From assembly GCA_002633005.1 (NCBI GenBank), contig NMRA01000123.1:464364-528363 (forward strand): DNA of 64,000 nucleotides, read 5' to 3'. Shown here piece after piece: positions 27,201 through 40,000 of the stretch. The notes below the pieces were generated by a model that was not told where the DNA came from, did no database searches, and worked only from the letters and a program-made list of their open reading frames with translations. Numbering within the stretch: position 1 is the first letter of the stretch; each line of letters opens with the position of its first letter. The translations under genes and the position numbers were made by a program. This stretch comes from Phoronis australis (taxonomy: Eukaryota; Animalia; Phoronida).

Positions 27201-27496
27201 GCACGTTCAACTCGACAATTACTTCCAGACAATAGACACAGCGCAACCGACGACTTTTGAGAACCCTGGGTAAATCAGAGCAAAAGTTCTACTTCGATCA
27301 CCGACAAGTGACCTACCGCCTCTCCACGTCGGAAAACAGGTTACAGTTCAGCCCCATGCCACTTTGGGCGACAACATCAGACACATACATACCACAGGAT
27401 GTAAATAGGCGTGCGTTCTGGCGGAACCGATAACACATTGCTATAGTTCCACCTTACATGTATTTTGTGCGTAAAGGTTGCTTTTGGAAAAAAGAA
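24300..27496 (+). mobile_element. Heavily decayed Gypsy LTR retrotransposon internal region
   Basis: Gag-like LQKELLTKEKGFTL..AI and a knuckle CPANHDTCRHC. Integrase zinc domain RDELSVEN...HTVHFGVENTKLPARSTVYW...VCQEHQ and core SPQGNGFVETQVQTVK. Many stops and frameshifts; matching LTR pair not found. Confidence 0.7.
25901..26058. mobile_element. MITE inserted in old Gypsy (same family as 14117-14254)
   Basis: caggcgtgcgctcagtagacgctaggacct...aggtcctagcgttactgaacgggagg. Confidence 0.7.
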
Positions 27497-28339
27497 TGTT
27501 GCCGTACTAAGCCTCCTCCTACCGTGTTGCCGTAAGATCTGAACTTCCGGTGGACAAATAGTAATTATAGGCTTGTTCCTTATGTGCTCTATCGATGAGG
27601 GAACACAGTTCGTTATAGTAACAAATGGACTTGAGCTGTTATGCTTACTGGCAACAAAGGAAATCGTTCCAGCGTGATTTCAAAATAGAGTTTGTTGTAA
27701 CAAGAAATCTTACAAATGGTTTTCAATCAGATTTTACTCCATAAAAATGCTTAAAAATAATACTTGTTTTTTGTACTTTTTTAACCTTTCCATTATAGCT
27801 CATTGTCAGTTTTGAACTGCAGTAAAGCCAATTCGTTGAGGCAAACAGTTAAGCTTGTAGGCAACCCCCTATTTACGGTGACCCATGCGGATTTGAGTCC
27901 CTCAAATCACATAGTCGCGGAAGCTGTATTAAAGTACGCTTAGCTAAGGGCCACATCAGACGGAATGCTATCGGCTGAGCTGTCTGTTTCAAGAAAACGA
28001 TTGCTGCGCTGACATTTCACGTGACGGTGAGGCAGCAATTGGATGAACCACTCGTGCCTTGTTCTAGACGAGAGCTGTCGACTGTCTTGCGCGTTTCAGC
28101 CGGTATTTCGAGGTCATGAGTGCTAGATCTGTATGTTGAGGTTAAATGGTCTCTGCATTTTAATACGGTTTGAAAGTTCACAAAACACAACAAATAAAAA
28201 ACAACTCTTTTTCTTGGGGACAAATCAATTCGGGAAGAGGACAGAAGGAAAAGGTGTTGGAAGTTTCCAAATCCCCTCAACATCAGCTGCACGTCACCAT
28301 GTTCTCCACATGGTCCCCCAACCCCTCCTTGTCACTTAC

Positions 28340-28606
28340 ACCTCACTTTTACGTTGTAATGGCCACATATCTCATGCTCAAAGAAAAACACAGCGCAGCC
28401 CGTGTAAGTTCCCTCGTGGTCTGGGCCGGCGTCCATGAAAATTTTTGAGTTGGGAAGATGGCCATCTTTAATTTTGCTCGGATCCAATGTCGTCGGATAC
28501 TCCCACCGCTTGACTTTTGGAGTAGGGCTGAAATAGGCATCAGTAAAAGAGCGTTCTCCGTAAATATGAAAATTTAATACAGTAGACATTCAAGGTTGTG
28601 TCTTTT
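28340..28606 (-). pseudogene. Ig-like pseudo-exon
   Basis: ttcttcag| acceptor and phase-1 |gtaagt donor. KDTTLNVYCI (frameshift) ... SPTPKVKRWEY...SKIFMDAGPDHEGTYTGCAV. Confidence 0.5.
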
Positions 28607-29590
28607 CTGAAGAATCGTAGGATGTTTAACAAAAGCAACGCAAGGTGTGGCTACGCGTCCACAGTGAAGCACGAAAGGTAGGTTTCAATGGACGCTTATC
28701 AGTTTCATGTATGGAGCAATTTGAATACGAATTTTAACTGCAAAGTGTTAAGTACCCCACGCTTTAAACTTAACTTGAAATCAAAACGTTAAAACAAAAA
28801 AAACAATGCATGGCTTACAGGCACACTGCAACAGGTATCCAAAAATAGGACGTCTAGTATATTTCTTTTCAATGAAGATTGGGCAAACAGACACATCGTG
28901 ACATAAAGGGCATAACACAAAACTGAAAGGCAACAAGGAGATTTTGCGACTGTCAGACCCGCCACCAAAAATTGTCTGATATCAGGGCATTGCCGTCTTA
29001 TACACTGTCTATATGAGCCAAAGCTTCATTGATTTCCGGCAGGGCCTTTTCTATGCATCATCCGGAAATGCTCTTCTTCCGAAAAACAGACTCTTGCTAA
29101 GACCAAGTTGTCTACCCACAAAGGGGTGATAAAGTAGGCAGGTTAGCCCAAAAACGACAATTGCCAGATCATGGTAACAAATGCCCCAGTCTCAAGTTTC
29201 GTTGAAATCGGTCAATTAGTTCTCTTGATATCATCAAAAAATGCTCATGTCCAAAATAATTGAAAACTACATCTCCTGAAGCTCAAGCAAAGGGAAATTG
29301 TGACATGCACTGCCTAAGCTTTGCTCTACTCCCTTATGGCAATGTTTTTCAAAATGCGATGAGGAGATTTTGAGACGTCGAGTATGAAAACTAAAGACAA
29401 CAGGACAACTGAACAAAATGGCCAGAAGGAACTGCGGCAGTCAAGTTTACATGGAATTGTTTGATGCCAGATATCGGGCAGCTGTCTAGTCGTGTGCCCA
29501 TGCAAATTTGGAGGTCTTTCCGAGTGTACGGGAGCTTTTTGAGGATGCTCACAGCTGCAGCTAGAGTGGTACTTAATAGCACTTGCTTAA

Positions 29591-30562
29591 ACAGTACACA
29601 CCATGGATTTTTGCACATTTTGAATTACCGGTGGCCACAGACTAAATGCATGACAAAAAATTTAGCTAAACCCATGTTTATTTTGTGTAATTAGCTCGAA
29701 ATTTTGATTTTTCTTTCAATTTTGCCAATTTTCACATTTCCCGCCATGTGACGTCATGGGTTGAACACAAGAGATCGGTGACAAGCATTGAACAATGGCG
29801 GAGACCAGGGAATTTGAAAGTGACGACGATTATGAGCAAGAATTGAACGAATACTATGAAGAAACGTACGGGAATGGTGGCCAGGATGAGGAAATGGGGT
29901 TGCACGAAAGCGAGAACAAGTTTATTGTGCTTCCGGCTGCGTACTTTTCTACTTTGAGCCTTATGAACTGGATCCTCCCGCGAGAGAAGCGGCCTCGGGC
30001 TCGGCGAGTCAACACAGTCATCCAACAGACTTTCCTGAATTAAGAGCTGATGTTTCCGAATGATAAATATTGTCCCGTATTGAACCAGGCCTTCATCGTA
30101 ACGTATCCTGTGACTGGAGTCGAAACACGAGTCCTCAAAGTTGGCAGAACACAGAGTGGCCCCGGACCGAATCGCTTGGTCCACGATGACGTCCCACAGT
30201 GGCCACACTCTCGTTCGGCGCACGAAGCCATGCCACTTCTGCGCAACTTTGGTGTCCTTCGGAACACCGAGACGTTTTCCGCCTGGCTGCTGTTGCTGCA
30301 GCCTCCGGAAACACATCTTTTGATCCCTCTACGAACCTTCTCGACTCTAAATGTACTTTGCTTTCTCTTCACTCTATACACTTTGTCTCTGACCCGAACA
30401 GTATTGCGAACGACTTGGGTTCAACCCATGACGTAGTACATAATTATTACTTTTTTCAGTTTTTGCGTGTTTCTTTATGAGCTGTGCACTAAAGGCACTG
30501 AAATCAAGTAACATAAAAGAATAAAATTTATTTTGAGGTACTAGAGTCATGTTGTGTACACT
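29591..30562. mobile_element. Non-autonomous Kolobok-type DNA transposon (internal deletion derivative)
   Basis: TTAA at 29587-90 and 30563-66. Imperfect TIR acagtacacaccatg / catgttgtgtacact. Subterminal IR acgtcatgggttgaac (29751; 30419-34). Minus-strand frameshifted THAP (KRCVSGGCSN..VPKDTKVAQKW..LCSANFEDSCF) converges on a plus-strand acidic ORF with FEPYELDP (KolX-like). Confidence 0.7.
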
Positions 30563-31876
30563 TTAAACGAAAATTTGATGATGGCGTACACAAACCAGCA
30601 CAATCTTAGGCCTACATACATGTAAGCGTGTGTTGGAAGGGGACTCAAGAACAAGTGCAGGCAACCAAATCAGTTTGAAGCTTAAATTGTCCCGTCTGTC
30701 GCTTCCTGTTGGACACGTGACCTGCCGCATGCAGGTACGTACATCATATGAGGTACGAGTGACAGGTACAGTATGTTATGTGTAAACATACATGTATATC
30801 CGATATTTAAATATACTCTACCTGGCCACCAGGTATAAATGCGGCCATTGTGGAAGTTTTAAAGATTGGCTCCGTAGCATTATATTGTTTCATTTTTTCA
30901 TGTAAGTACTAAATCGAAATAACTACCCCTTACTAATTTAATATGGTTTTAGTATCGTTTTAACTTAACATACCTGTCAAAAAAAATTGTTTTCAAACAA
31001 GCAAGTCAGTCTCTAATTCGTTCATTAAGTCATTGACTAACCGCAAAATAGGATACAGCTATTTTATGCAAACGAATAGAATACTGTACGATGCACTATA
31101 ATACAGGATGAAAGAGGCACTGTCACACACCAATAAAAGTAGAGTGTGAGGATTGATTAAGATCCAAGTTTGAACTTACTCTCCTACAAATATGAACTTT
31201 AATATAAACTTGTCGCCAGCGTCTACCTCCACATTGTTCTGCTGAAATCCGTCTGGATAGAATAGCCTTGGCGTGTTCGATGGCATGTCTGTAATAGCAT
31301 CGAACGTGAACTACATTTATCATACAAATGCAATGCACACGAGGATTACACTCGCTCTAATACGATTTGTTGTCTACACCTTTGTGGCTACGTGACCTAT
31401 TGTTTCAGGAATTGCCCTTAGACGATGCTCTCGCTGGGCGCCCACTATTAAATAAGAAGGAATAATATTTAATAATTATTTTAAATTAAGACTTACCTCA
31501 GATTGAGAACACTCATACGCTGAGATTTGTACTGCGCATGTTGTTCTTTACAATAATTAGACAGTGATATGGTAGCGGACGCTACTTTTCTAATGACCTG
31601 GCATGAATTGTCAGGCCGCATGTTGCAAAACTTCCGTGTATTGTTAAACACGTTCCCGTTCGCTCATGGAGTGGAAATCAAAACCAACACGCAGGCCTTT
31701 TGCTGATACGACAGGCGGTATTGTTGTAAGGGGTGAAAATACAGGTTAGTAGTAATGAAGATGGATTGTCTCACCAAAGTAACCACGTACACAGTAATGC
31801 TTCGAGACACGATATGTTACTATTTTGACTTATGACTAGAAATCCTATGATGACGGAGCCACCTCGTCATACTTAC

Positions 31877-32163
31877 CACTTTTGGATTCTTCGTACATGA
31901 AACGTTTCCCTCTGCCCATAAGAGTTACGCCTAGTACATTGTTTGTCTGACCACAATAAAGGTACGTCGATGAGTTCAGAAAGTCGTGCATTTGAGGATT
32001 TGTAAAGACGATTGCGCCTGCTATACCTAACAGCTTTGTCTCCCCTGAAAGGTTCAAGAGTGCTTTCAATCAAGCAACAGCTGTGTCCACACGAGCAATA
32101 GTGGATCTCGCTTGACGGATTTGCCCACCAGGTTTTTTGAAGGAACGTGGAAGATTATTTTCT
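31877..32163 (-). pseudogene. L1/neuroglian Ig2-like pseudo-exon
   Basis: PGGQIR...AVA*LK (TGA at the conserved Trp, 32070-72)...AGAIVFTNPQMHDFLNSSTYLYCGQTNNVLG. Phase-1 donor G|gtaagt. Confidence 0.6.
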
Positions 32164-32992
32164 CACTGTTGTAACGAAAAGTACAAGCAACTGTATTTCA
32201 AAAGAATTAACCCCAGTTTCTTTGCAGATGTTAATCAACTTCCCGGTTTAAGCTTTTTGTTAGTATCCAAGTGCAAAAGTATTGGTAGAATGAATGTTGA
32301 TTTCACTGACTCGGTTAGAATATGAATAACGTAAAGTTCCCTTTTGGAGTCGTGAATTTTTTGAACCACTAGTTTTCGGTATCGCGACCTAATTCGGGTG
32401 AGATGGCGGGTATCTGGAGCCACGCCCGTGTTTGTTACGTCATCACTGTCATGTGTCATGCGATGCGACCTCTGCAGGATCGTCAGGGATAATTTTTTGT
32501 TTGATATTGCGAAGATGGCACGATTATCCGTTCAGTCAGTGTGCCGCGAATTTGCACCCTTTTACGAATCTTTCTGCACCTAAATTTGTTCTCTCTCACT
32601 AAGATATTGGGGTTATCCGAAAAGAAGCAGTGTTCACCAATCGCTTACACAAATCAGGTAGATGTACTCGGATGTTCCTGGATCCTCGCTCGGCGCTTCC
32701 TAGCAGTAGCGAAGTCAAACTTCACACACCATCTCTTCGGATAATGCTACTGTCGAAAGAGAAAACAAGTACTGCTGCAGAAAGACACGTGAAGCGGTAG
32801 AAATCTGTTGTCACGCTCTATCACTCAAGAGAAATTCGGGCTACTATCTTCCCGCCATCTACCACAACTTATTCCCAGTGATCTGGGGTCACATAGTTAC
32901 AGAGGTATGACAAAATGCATTGGTGGCGTAACAGACAAGGGCAAGTTTCCAGTTATCCTCCATTCCGTCCGACAAAGGTATCGAGATGAGAT

Positions 32993-34617
32993 CAAAATCC
33001 ACTAAAATTATTCAGTTTCTTTGATCATTGTGAGACTGCTTTTATGCATGGTTCATTTTGAAAAGCATTTCCATAAAAACGGCCTCGTGGTATAAGAACC
33101 ACCATGATACCTATCAAAATGGCAGTTGTAGTTAATCTATACTACCGAAAAATGAACACCAGCAAGGAAAATAGATTTCAGGATACGTGAAGCTATATTA
33201 TTCGACCTTCTGTGTTGCTAGATTGTTTTTAAAACAACTCGATAATTGAAAGGGTATTATTACAATATTATTCCATTCATAATTGCGTGACGCGAATCGG
33301 TCTAACCCATGAAGATTTGAATTTATTTTGGGTGACTGTGAGAATGATCTCAAATTCTGGGTTCATGCGTCCAACGAGTGCAATGCACTAGTTCTTAAAA
33401 GAACACGTTCGCGTTCCATATGCATCAGAGAACCCCGTCTGAAATGAAGTACCTCGTCTAGATCTAAAAAAGTAAAAAGAGTGTCAGTTCATTCCAATGT
33501 TATCGGACCACCCTCCACCAGGTGGCCTTCTTTAATGTAAAAGGAGCGTAGTAATTGTTCGATAGGACGACCTTGAAGTGAGATGTTGATCTCATAACTT
33601 CAAATCAAGTTTTATAGAATCCAACAGACAGGTCCTGTTACCTACTTACATTTAATGTAGAAGGGCGCACCTGGAAACGTCATTCATCTGTCTGAGGACA
33701 GTACACTGTTCAGGTCAGCAGAAATTGTTAATTTTTTCACCCACTAGGTATGCAACGCTATGCATGCGTCAATTTTCAAATATTCCAATGTCTCCACCAC
33801 CGCGTAACTACGTGTATGGCAATGCTCGATTAGGCACCTTGCAGCTCGTCAATGCGACTTCGGATTGACTATCAGGAAAAATCCTCAAGTCGCGCCAAAG
33901 TCATCACAGTCAGACAACAATTTCTCTGAAAGTCGTTTTAAAATGTGTGGTGTCATTTCCGGATTTTAAATTGCCTAAATTCAATACCCTTGGTTCACAA
34001 GCGATCCATTCATTTCGTGAAATCAGTGTACATGGACTAAGTGCCGCATGGATTACAACAGGAAGTAGATGGGATTGTTCGGCAAAAACTGGGCAAGGTC
34101 GGACCATGAAACACGCGCCTCCATTGTAACCGAAATAAGTCTGAGTTATTCGTGGGCAGGAGGAATTGAATTTAGTTCGAGGTTGAGTGGCTCATATTTA
34201 CACGAAGACGCGAAAGAGATATCCGTATTTTTTGGGAATGGCACGTTTTTGTTTCTCTTTAAGTTGGAGACTGACGACGTGAGTTTTGGGGTTTGGCAGC
34301 CCGAAATATTCGCTAGGTCGAATATGGCGAATTTTCGTTAAACTAAGCGTCGAGTGCTCTATCGAGTTACTTTAATAACAATCTACCAAAACAGATGATC
34401 GAATAATATACATGTAGCTTCACGTATCCTCAAATCTAGCTTTCCTTGCTGGTGTTCATTTTTCCTTAGCATAGATTAACTACAACTGACATTTTGATAG
34501 GTATCATGATGATTCTTACAACATGAGACCGTTTTTATGGAAATGCTTTTCAAAGTGAACCATGCATAATAGCAGTTTTACATGGCCAAAGAAACTGAAT
34601 AATTTTAGTGGATTTTG
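32993..34617. mobile_element. Non-coding DNA transposon with ~245 bp TIRs (unclassified)
   Basis: 32993-33240 is an inverted copy of 34370-34617 (caaaatccactaaaattattcagtttcttt / aaagaaactgaataattttagtggattttg). Confidence 0.8.
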
Positions 34618-35204
34618 CAGAGATGGGAAAAGGTTGGGTAACGTGATCCAATGGAAGCACCCAAGGGATGTTTTGCGCAAAACACCCATGTATAAAGCTG
34701 CTGATTTCCTCGTGTGATGCATGACGTTATCCCATGAAGGATTGCGTGACGTTCATGAATGCAAGGTGTTCTTCGAAACACAGCTCTGGTGCCCGGTCCT
34801 TGGACGCAATTGGCCTACACACGCGAAATCGCAAAATCGCACAAGCCTTTCACGAAATTTCACCATCCATTACGTGCAAAGCATATGAATCTTGCGTCTA
34901 CGGAACTCATCACATTACTTTCAACGGGTCTATAACTTTGACTGGTATCAAATGCCTATGAATCAACTTTCATTTTGGGCATCCAAAAAAAAACGGATAG
35001 CATAAATTAAGCCAATAATAAAAGCGCGTCTGAATATCCAAATAGTGCACCATTTCAATGTTTTGCATATTCATACTTAATATTCATGTACAGCTTTGGG
35101 CCGAGGTTGGTAAACAGTGACCAAATAAATTCTGACACAAAATTAGTGTCAGTAAAATCGACACACTTCCTTAAGTAAACTAAATTATTCATCGGTGTTC
35201 GAGA

Positions 35205-35770
35205 AAAACTGGCGTTCTGTCGTTATCCTGCTCCAAAAATTATGGTGCGTTCTTTTGCGTCAGCTTTCGGCACCTAATATTGTATCAGGTGTTGATCAGT
35301 TTCTTTACCCGATTCTTCAATCAACCGTTCTTATTTCCACGAGGATTCGTACATGTTATAACAAAGTATAGGAACTAATTTCGTTTCTTTACAAAGTTGT
35401 AGTTGTTTAATGCCATCAAACCGAAGTTCGAAACCAATTTTGCCGTTTCGAAGCTGTCATCGTCCTCCGACAGACGTCGCAAAATTTTAAGAAATGGCGC
35501 ATTCGTGTGTCACAAGCGCGACAGATTTTCCTTTATTACCAAAGACGGAGAATTATGCAAGAAGATGACGCTTATTAGATTGCCCTTTGCTTTTACTTAC
35601 CTTCGCCATTGCAGCCGTTTAAAAACGGCTGTAATGGCGAAGGTAAGTGTCGGTTGACTCCCAGACTTTACATGCACCCCCGTCAGTCGTTTGCTTTGCA
35701 TATTGATATAAGTTTCACGACGAGGTGACGAGCAGAACTACTGGAGTTCAGTAAAATTTCGGGGTCCAAC
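35205..35770. repeat. Dispersed repeat (family with 60240-60680 and 62140-63065)
   Basis: Shared strings ccgattcttcaatcaac, aagct.tcatc.tc, aaatggcgc, gacgagcagaactac. Confidence 0.7.
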
Positions 35771-36361
35771 AGACATTTTGTCCGGTGGTCATGCTCAGTC
35801 TCCAGCGGTCCTTTTTTTGTGGTGGGGCGGTCATGTTTTTAGGAACGTTGGCCCAATTTTCTGATGCAGCGGTCCTGTTTGATCCCTACAGGTCCTGTTT
35901 TGTGGTGAGTCCGTCCGATTTAGAGGACCGGCGGTCATGTTTTGGGCTCGGCAGCCATATTATTTTTACTCGTGCTACTGATGTCAATGTTTGCAGATTT
36001 GCTAAGGCGATTAAGTTTCACTAGACATGCTATTTGAAATAACCTTACTTGGTTGTCGCTAAAGTGTCTTCACTTGTACATGTATTTCCGTGTACAAAAG
36101 CTCACTATGGGCAGTGTGAAGAAATAATGACAAATTGGTACCCGACGTAATGCCGCCGCTTCCGCGAACGCTTCTCTTTCTTCCTTTCGCCAACCTATCC
36201 GAGCACACAGGCAAAAACCAACCCTGAAAGTATGCTAATTGCGAAATATCTAACAGGGTGAAATTTTCGTGGCTAATGCATCAACCATTTTGACGGCATT
36301 CCTCTGTCCAGGGTGTGACGCGGACTGTCTGCACTGTTGGGTACCCTCACTACCCAAGTAC

Positions 36362-36823
36362 CGACCGTATAGCAATGGATATCGTGCGAAAATAAATTGT
36401 GCTGCTTGCATAGTGTAAAGACATTGCATAACAATTGATTTTGGAAAGTGTTGGGAACTGTGCTCTTTGTGAAAAATGTGGCAACCGGGACCAGTTTTAA
36501 TTTCTTGAGCCCCACAACCTTATTGCTTAATATCAATAAAATCGCGATTCCGCTATGGAATGATAATTTGAAAGATGTTGATATTTCCAAACCAGACCGT
36601 GCTGATGTCTTACTTGTAACCGGGATGACCTGGACCAGGCTCGTTTCAGAAATAGGTTTTCCATCACTACAGTTGCCGTTCTCACATAATGGTCCCAAAG
36701 TGTAAGCTATACTTTGCACCGGGTAGCTATCATGAAGGGGTTCACACGGTATTTTGATAGCTTTCCCTGGCGACGAGTAAAAATCCTGCGGAGAATCTGA
36801 GTTCAAACTCTTGGCAGCCAAAT
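36362..36823 (-). CDS. Probable exon: divergent Ig-like domain (154 codons, phase 1-1)
   Basis: ttttcgttacag|AT TTG...GTC G|gtactt (weak donor), inside a 253-aa ORF. SSPGKAIKIPCEPLHDSYPVQSIAY resembles the L1 Ig2 N-half (GxxxxLPCxPPxxxPxxxIYW). Confidence 0.5.
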
Positions 36824-37023
36824 CTGTAACGAAAAATTTAATACTCCCTTTAAAAGCAATAGTTCTTATGCAGGTTAATAACAATAACGCAAGATTCTGT
36901 GAGACTAACTGTGACGTCACCGGAACTAGGGAAAAGCTTGTCGTTTGGCCATTTGCCCGATACGTGTACAGAGTGTATTTCTTTTCAGTTTGACTTCGAG
37001 TTTTTAAGCTTTTAGTGTGAAAA

Positions 37024-37075
37024 ATGACAAACAAGCATTGCTGTTATGGGAAATGTAATTCAGGTTCTTGTTATA
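37024..37075 (+). mobile_element. THAP N-terminal fragment
   Basis: MTNKHCCYGKCNSGSCY, typical of the start of a transposon THAP domain. Confidence 0.4.
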
Positions 37076-40000
37076 ATATTTCCCATAGAGTTCGTGCTGA
37101 TTTCGTCTCGTGTATTTAACGGGCGATAGCCGAAACCCACTCACCAATTACGAGTTTACACCTAGTCAAAAATACAATCTACACTTACTATCATATAAAA
37201 AAGCGCTTACTTTCTTTAGTAATCCTTTCTGCTTCTACACATATCTTCAATGAAGCATGTTATGAGAATTAAGGTGACTTTAGCGAAGAATTTCAACTCC
37301 ACCTTTGTGGTTACTGTTAACTTACTTTTTCACCGAGCGCACGATTACCACAAAGTATTTCAACTGAGTCAGGTGAGTTAGGCAAACACTGGCTACAGAG
37401 TGAGAGAAGCGCGTAATCTGGCACGTGACAAATGCAAAATAGCATGAGAAGATATCAATTGCAATGTACGATTTGTGTCCCTTGGACTTATGGCTTGATT
37501 TCATGTAGCTTCCCAAAATGGCGCCCGGTGTGAGAAACTTGGGCGAACCGCGACAGATTTTTATGAATATGTTCAAGTTATTTGTAGACTAAACTGTATA
37601 CAGATCATGGTATATGTTAATTATAACTTCATGTGAATATATGCATGTTTCATTTGGTTTTATTTGCTCTGTTTTGAAATAGCTAATTTGTTTGGGAGGC
37701 TACTATCGCCCCTGTACATGTATGCCTACCAGGGTGATTTAAATGCCTAGTTCTGGTCGAGTTCCAATTTAGTCAGTCCGTTCACAGCTTCGCACAAGTC
37801 CACCTTTTCTCCGTCCATTCACAGTTATTCCACGATCCATCAACCACCTCTTAAGTAGTAGTAACACTTTAAATGTAAAATTCTCCATAAAAACTCAGAG
37901 AGATTCAGCACGTGTAGCAAAGACTCGGGTGCAAAACAAGGGCAGTGTGACAGGTTTTGGCCTACTTCCGATGACGTCACATTGACTAACTGGAAACTCG
38001 CAAGTGAGTTATTGACCCAAGGGTTGAGTCAACGATTACGTACAGTTGGAGAAGTTGATACCATTGATCTAATGAAAGCCAGATATTGAATTGAAATAAC
38101 GACACAGTTAGGATGCGCATTCAGCACCCCTCAAGCGTCACCCTCACCGTGATGGAAAATTGTGCTTTGCGAGTTGTAAATAATTGAGATATTGATGGGG
38201 TGAAACAAAGATTAAATGCGGTATTGATTGCATTTTAATTTCCAGCCGTGAAAAGCACGTACTTCGGTTTGACTCGAATGTTTGATTAGAATCGCGAATC
38301 GCGGAAGCCATCGACAACGATAGGTGGGGAAACTTGACGACATAGAAAGATTCTCAAATTATGCGTTCGATGTTTGATAACGACTAGTTTTAAATTTTTT
38401 GCAATGGCACTTCTGCCTTTTTAGAAGTGCTTGCTAAGTCACTAGGAGCTTAGTGCCGCCACGAAGGGTGAATCTTCACGGTCAGTTTTCTCCTTTTTGA
38501 CATTATTCACTACAAAATGGTGCTTCAATTCCAGTTCTTTCCCTTTAAAAGTGTTCACTGTGTGATTTTAAAAGTCTGAGAAATGCTTAAACATACAGAA
38601 GGCTGCTCAATTTCACCTGTCTTAAGGTTTGGTGTGGAAAAGATGTATTTATTTTAGAACAAGGTATATATTTTGGGTACAATGGGTTAAAATCAGTTGA
38701 CCAAGATTTCCGACTGAAGAGTTACTTTTATGGAATTAAACCCTAAAAAAGAGTGGTGTTTTGAAACAAACCCCTACACGAAGGTATGAACCCGCATTCC
38801 GTCACACACAAAAAATTGCCCCCTAGTCAAAGCAAGCTGCTTGTTACCTCTTGGCTTAGACAGAACCGACATTTCGTTGTTGGTTCAGGCAAGGCACTGC
38901 AAATCGAATTACTTGTTGTTTTTATATGCGTAGACTGTAGCAATAACGACACGTCAGCTCTTTGCAAGATGAAAAATCTTTTGTCACATGAGAAATAGTC
39001 GAGGCCGATTTTTAGCGGTAATGATATGAAATACGAATTACATTTCGTCCACAGACGTGGGATTTAAAACAATGTTAATTGCAATTATCAAATGTCATAT
39101 TTTTAAGGAAAAACATGACCTTTGAAATTTCGCTGTCTACGAGTCTTAAACAAGTTGGCTTGGGAATTAGGAGATCAATACATTGGAGTTACTAATAAAA
39201 AATTCTTAACAGTTTTTTGGGGATTTCATTAAAATTTGGTTTAAAAAGATGCAATGACAATAACGGCCAATTGGTATAAAACGGATGTTCATGACGCCAG
39301 TGCGTTTTTTTTTCTTTCTTTCAGAGAGTATATATTTTTACTAGTTGACGCACAGTTGTAGCATGTTTTTGATACATGAGTTAGGATGGAGGTCAGTAAA
39401 TAAGGCTCGAGTAAATTCTCTCGTGGATGAAGAATGATATTTCATTGGCGCTGAGGATGAAAAAAAGACGTGAGTACATTGATGAACTTAGTCATGCGCC
39501 TGCTGACTTAACTGGTGGGAAATTCTGTGTGGGACTGGAAATGTTTGGAGGAGACGTGGAGCCAATGTAGCGTGTGTTTGCAACTGTAGCGGTCATAGCC
39601 TCTAAGATATAACATTTTTCTTTCTCAAGTTGTCAGAGACATTACTCGGGATTGCTACATTTTTGATGAGTTTCCTTGACGTGCAGTGTATTATTTAATT
39701 TGAGACATCCCTGCACCAGGCGTAAGCGCGTTATAACCTAAATTTATAGGAGTCGCTAGTTGCATCTTTGTTGGATGTAACGACGCAGGTTGCCTGGATG
39801 TCATACCTTGGGCTCACATCAGCCACTTTCCGATAGATGCTTTTCATTATAACGAAGAAAAACAAAGTGATCAATGGACACGTCAACCTACCGATGCATA
39901 TGCGACGAGCTTGTGACCTCTTTTCCCGTGGAATTCCCTCTCAACTAAATTTCCCCAATTGGCCCAGTGACAAGACGTCTGAAATCAGTACCACTGCACA

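Noticed and set aside
35780-35950. Spaced gcggtcatgtttt repeats superficially like a CRISPR array
   Set aside because: The repeats are short and degenerate, in eukaryotic DNA, with no cas genes. This is a minisatellite or TE subterminal repeat.
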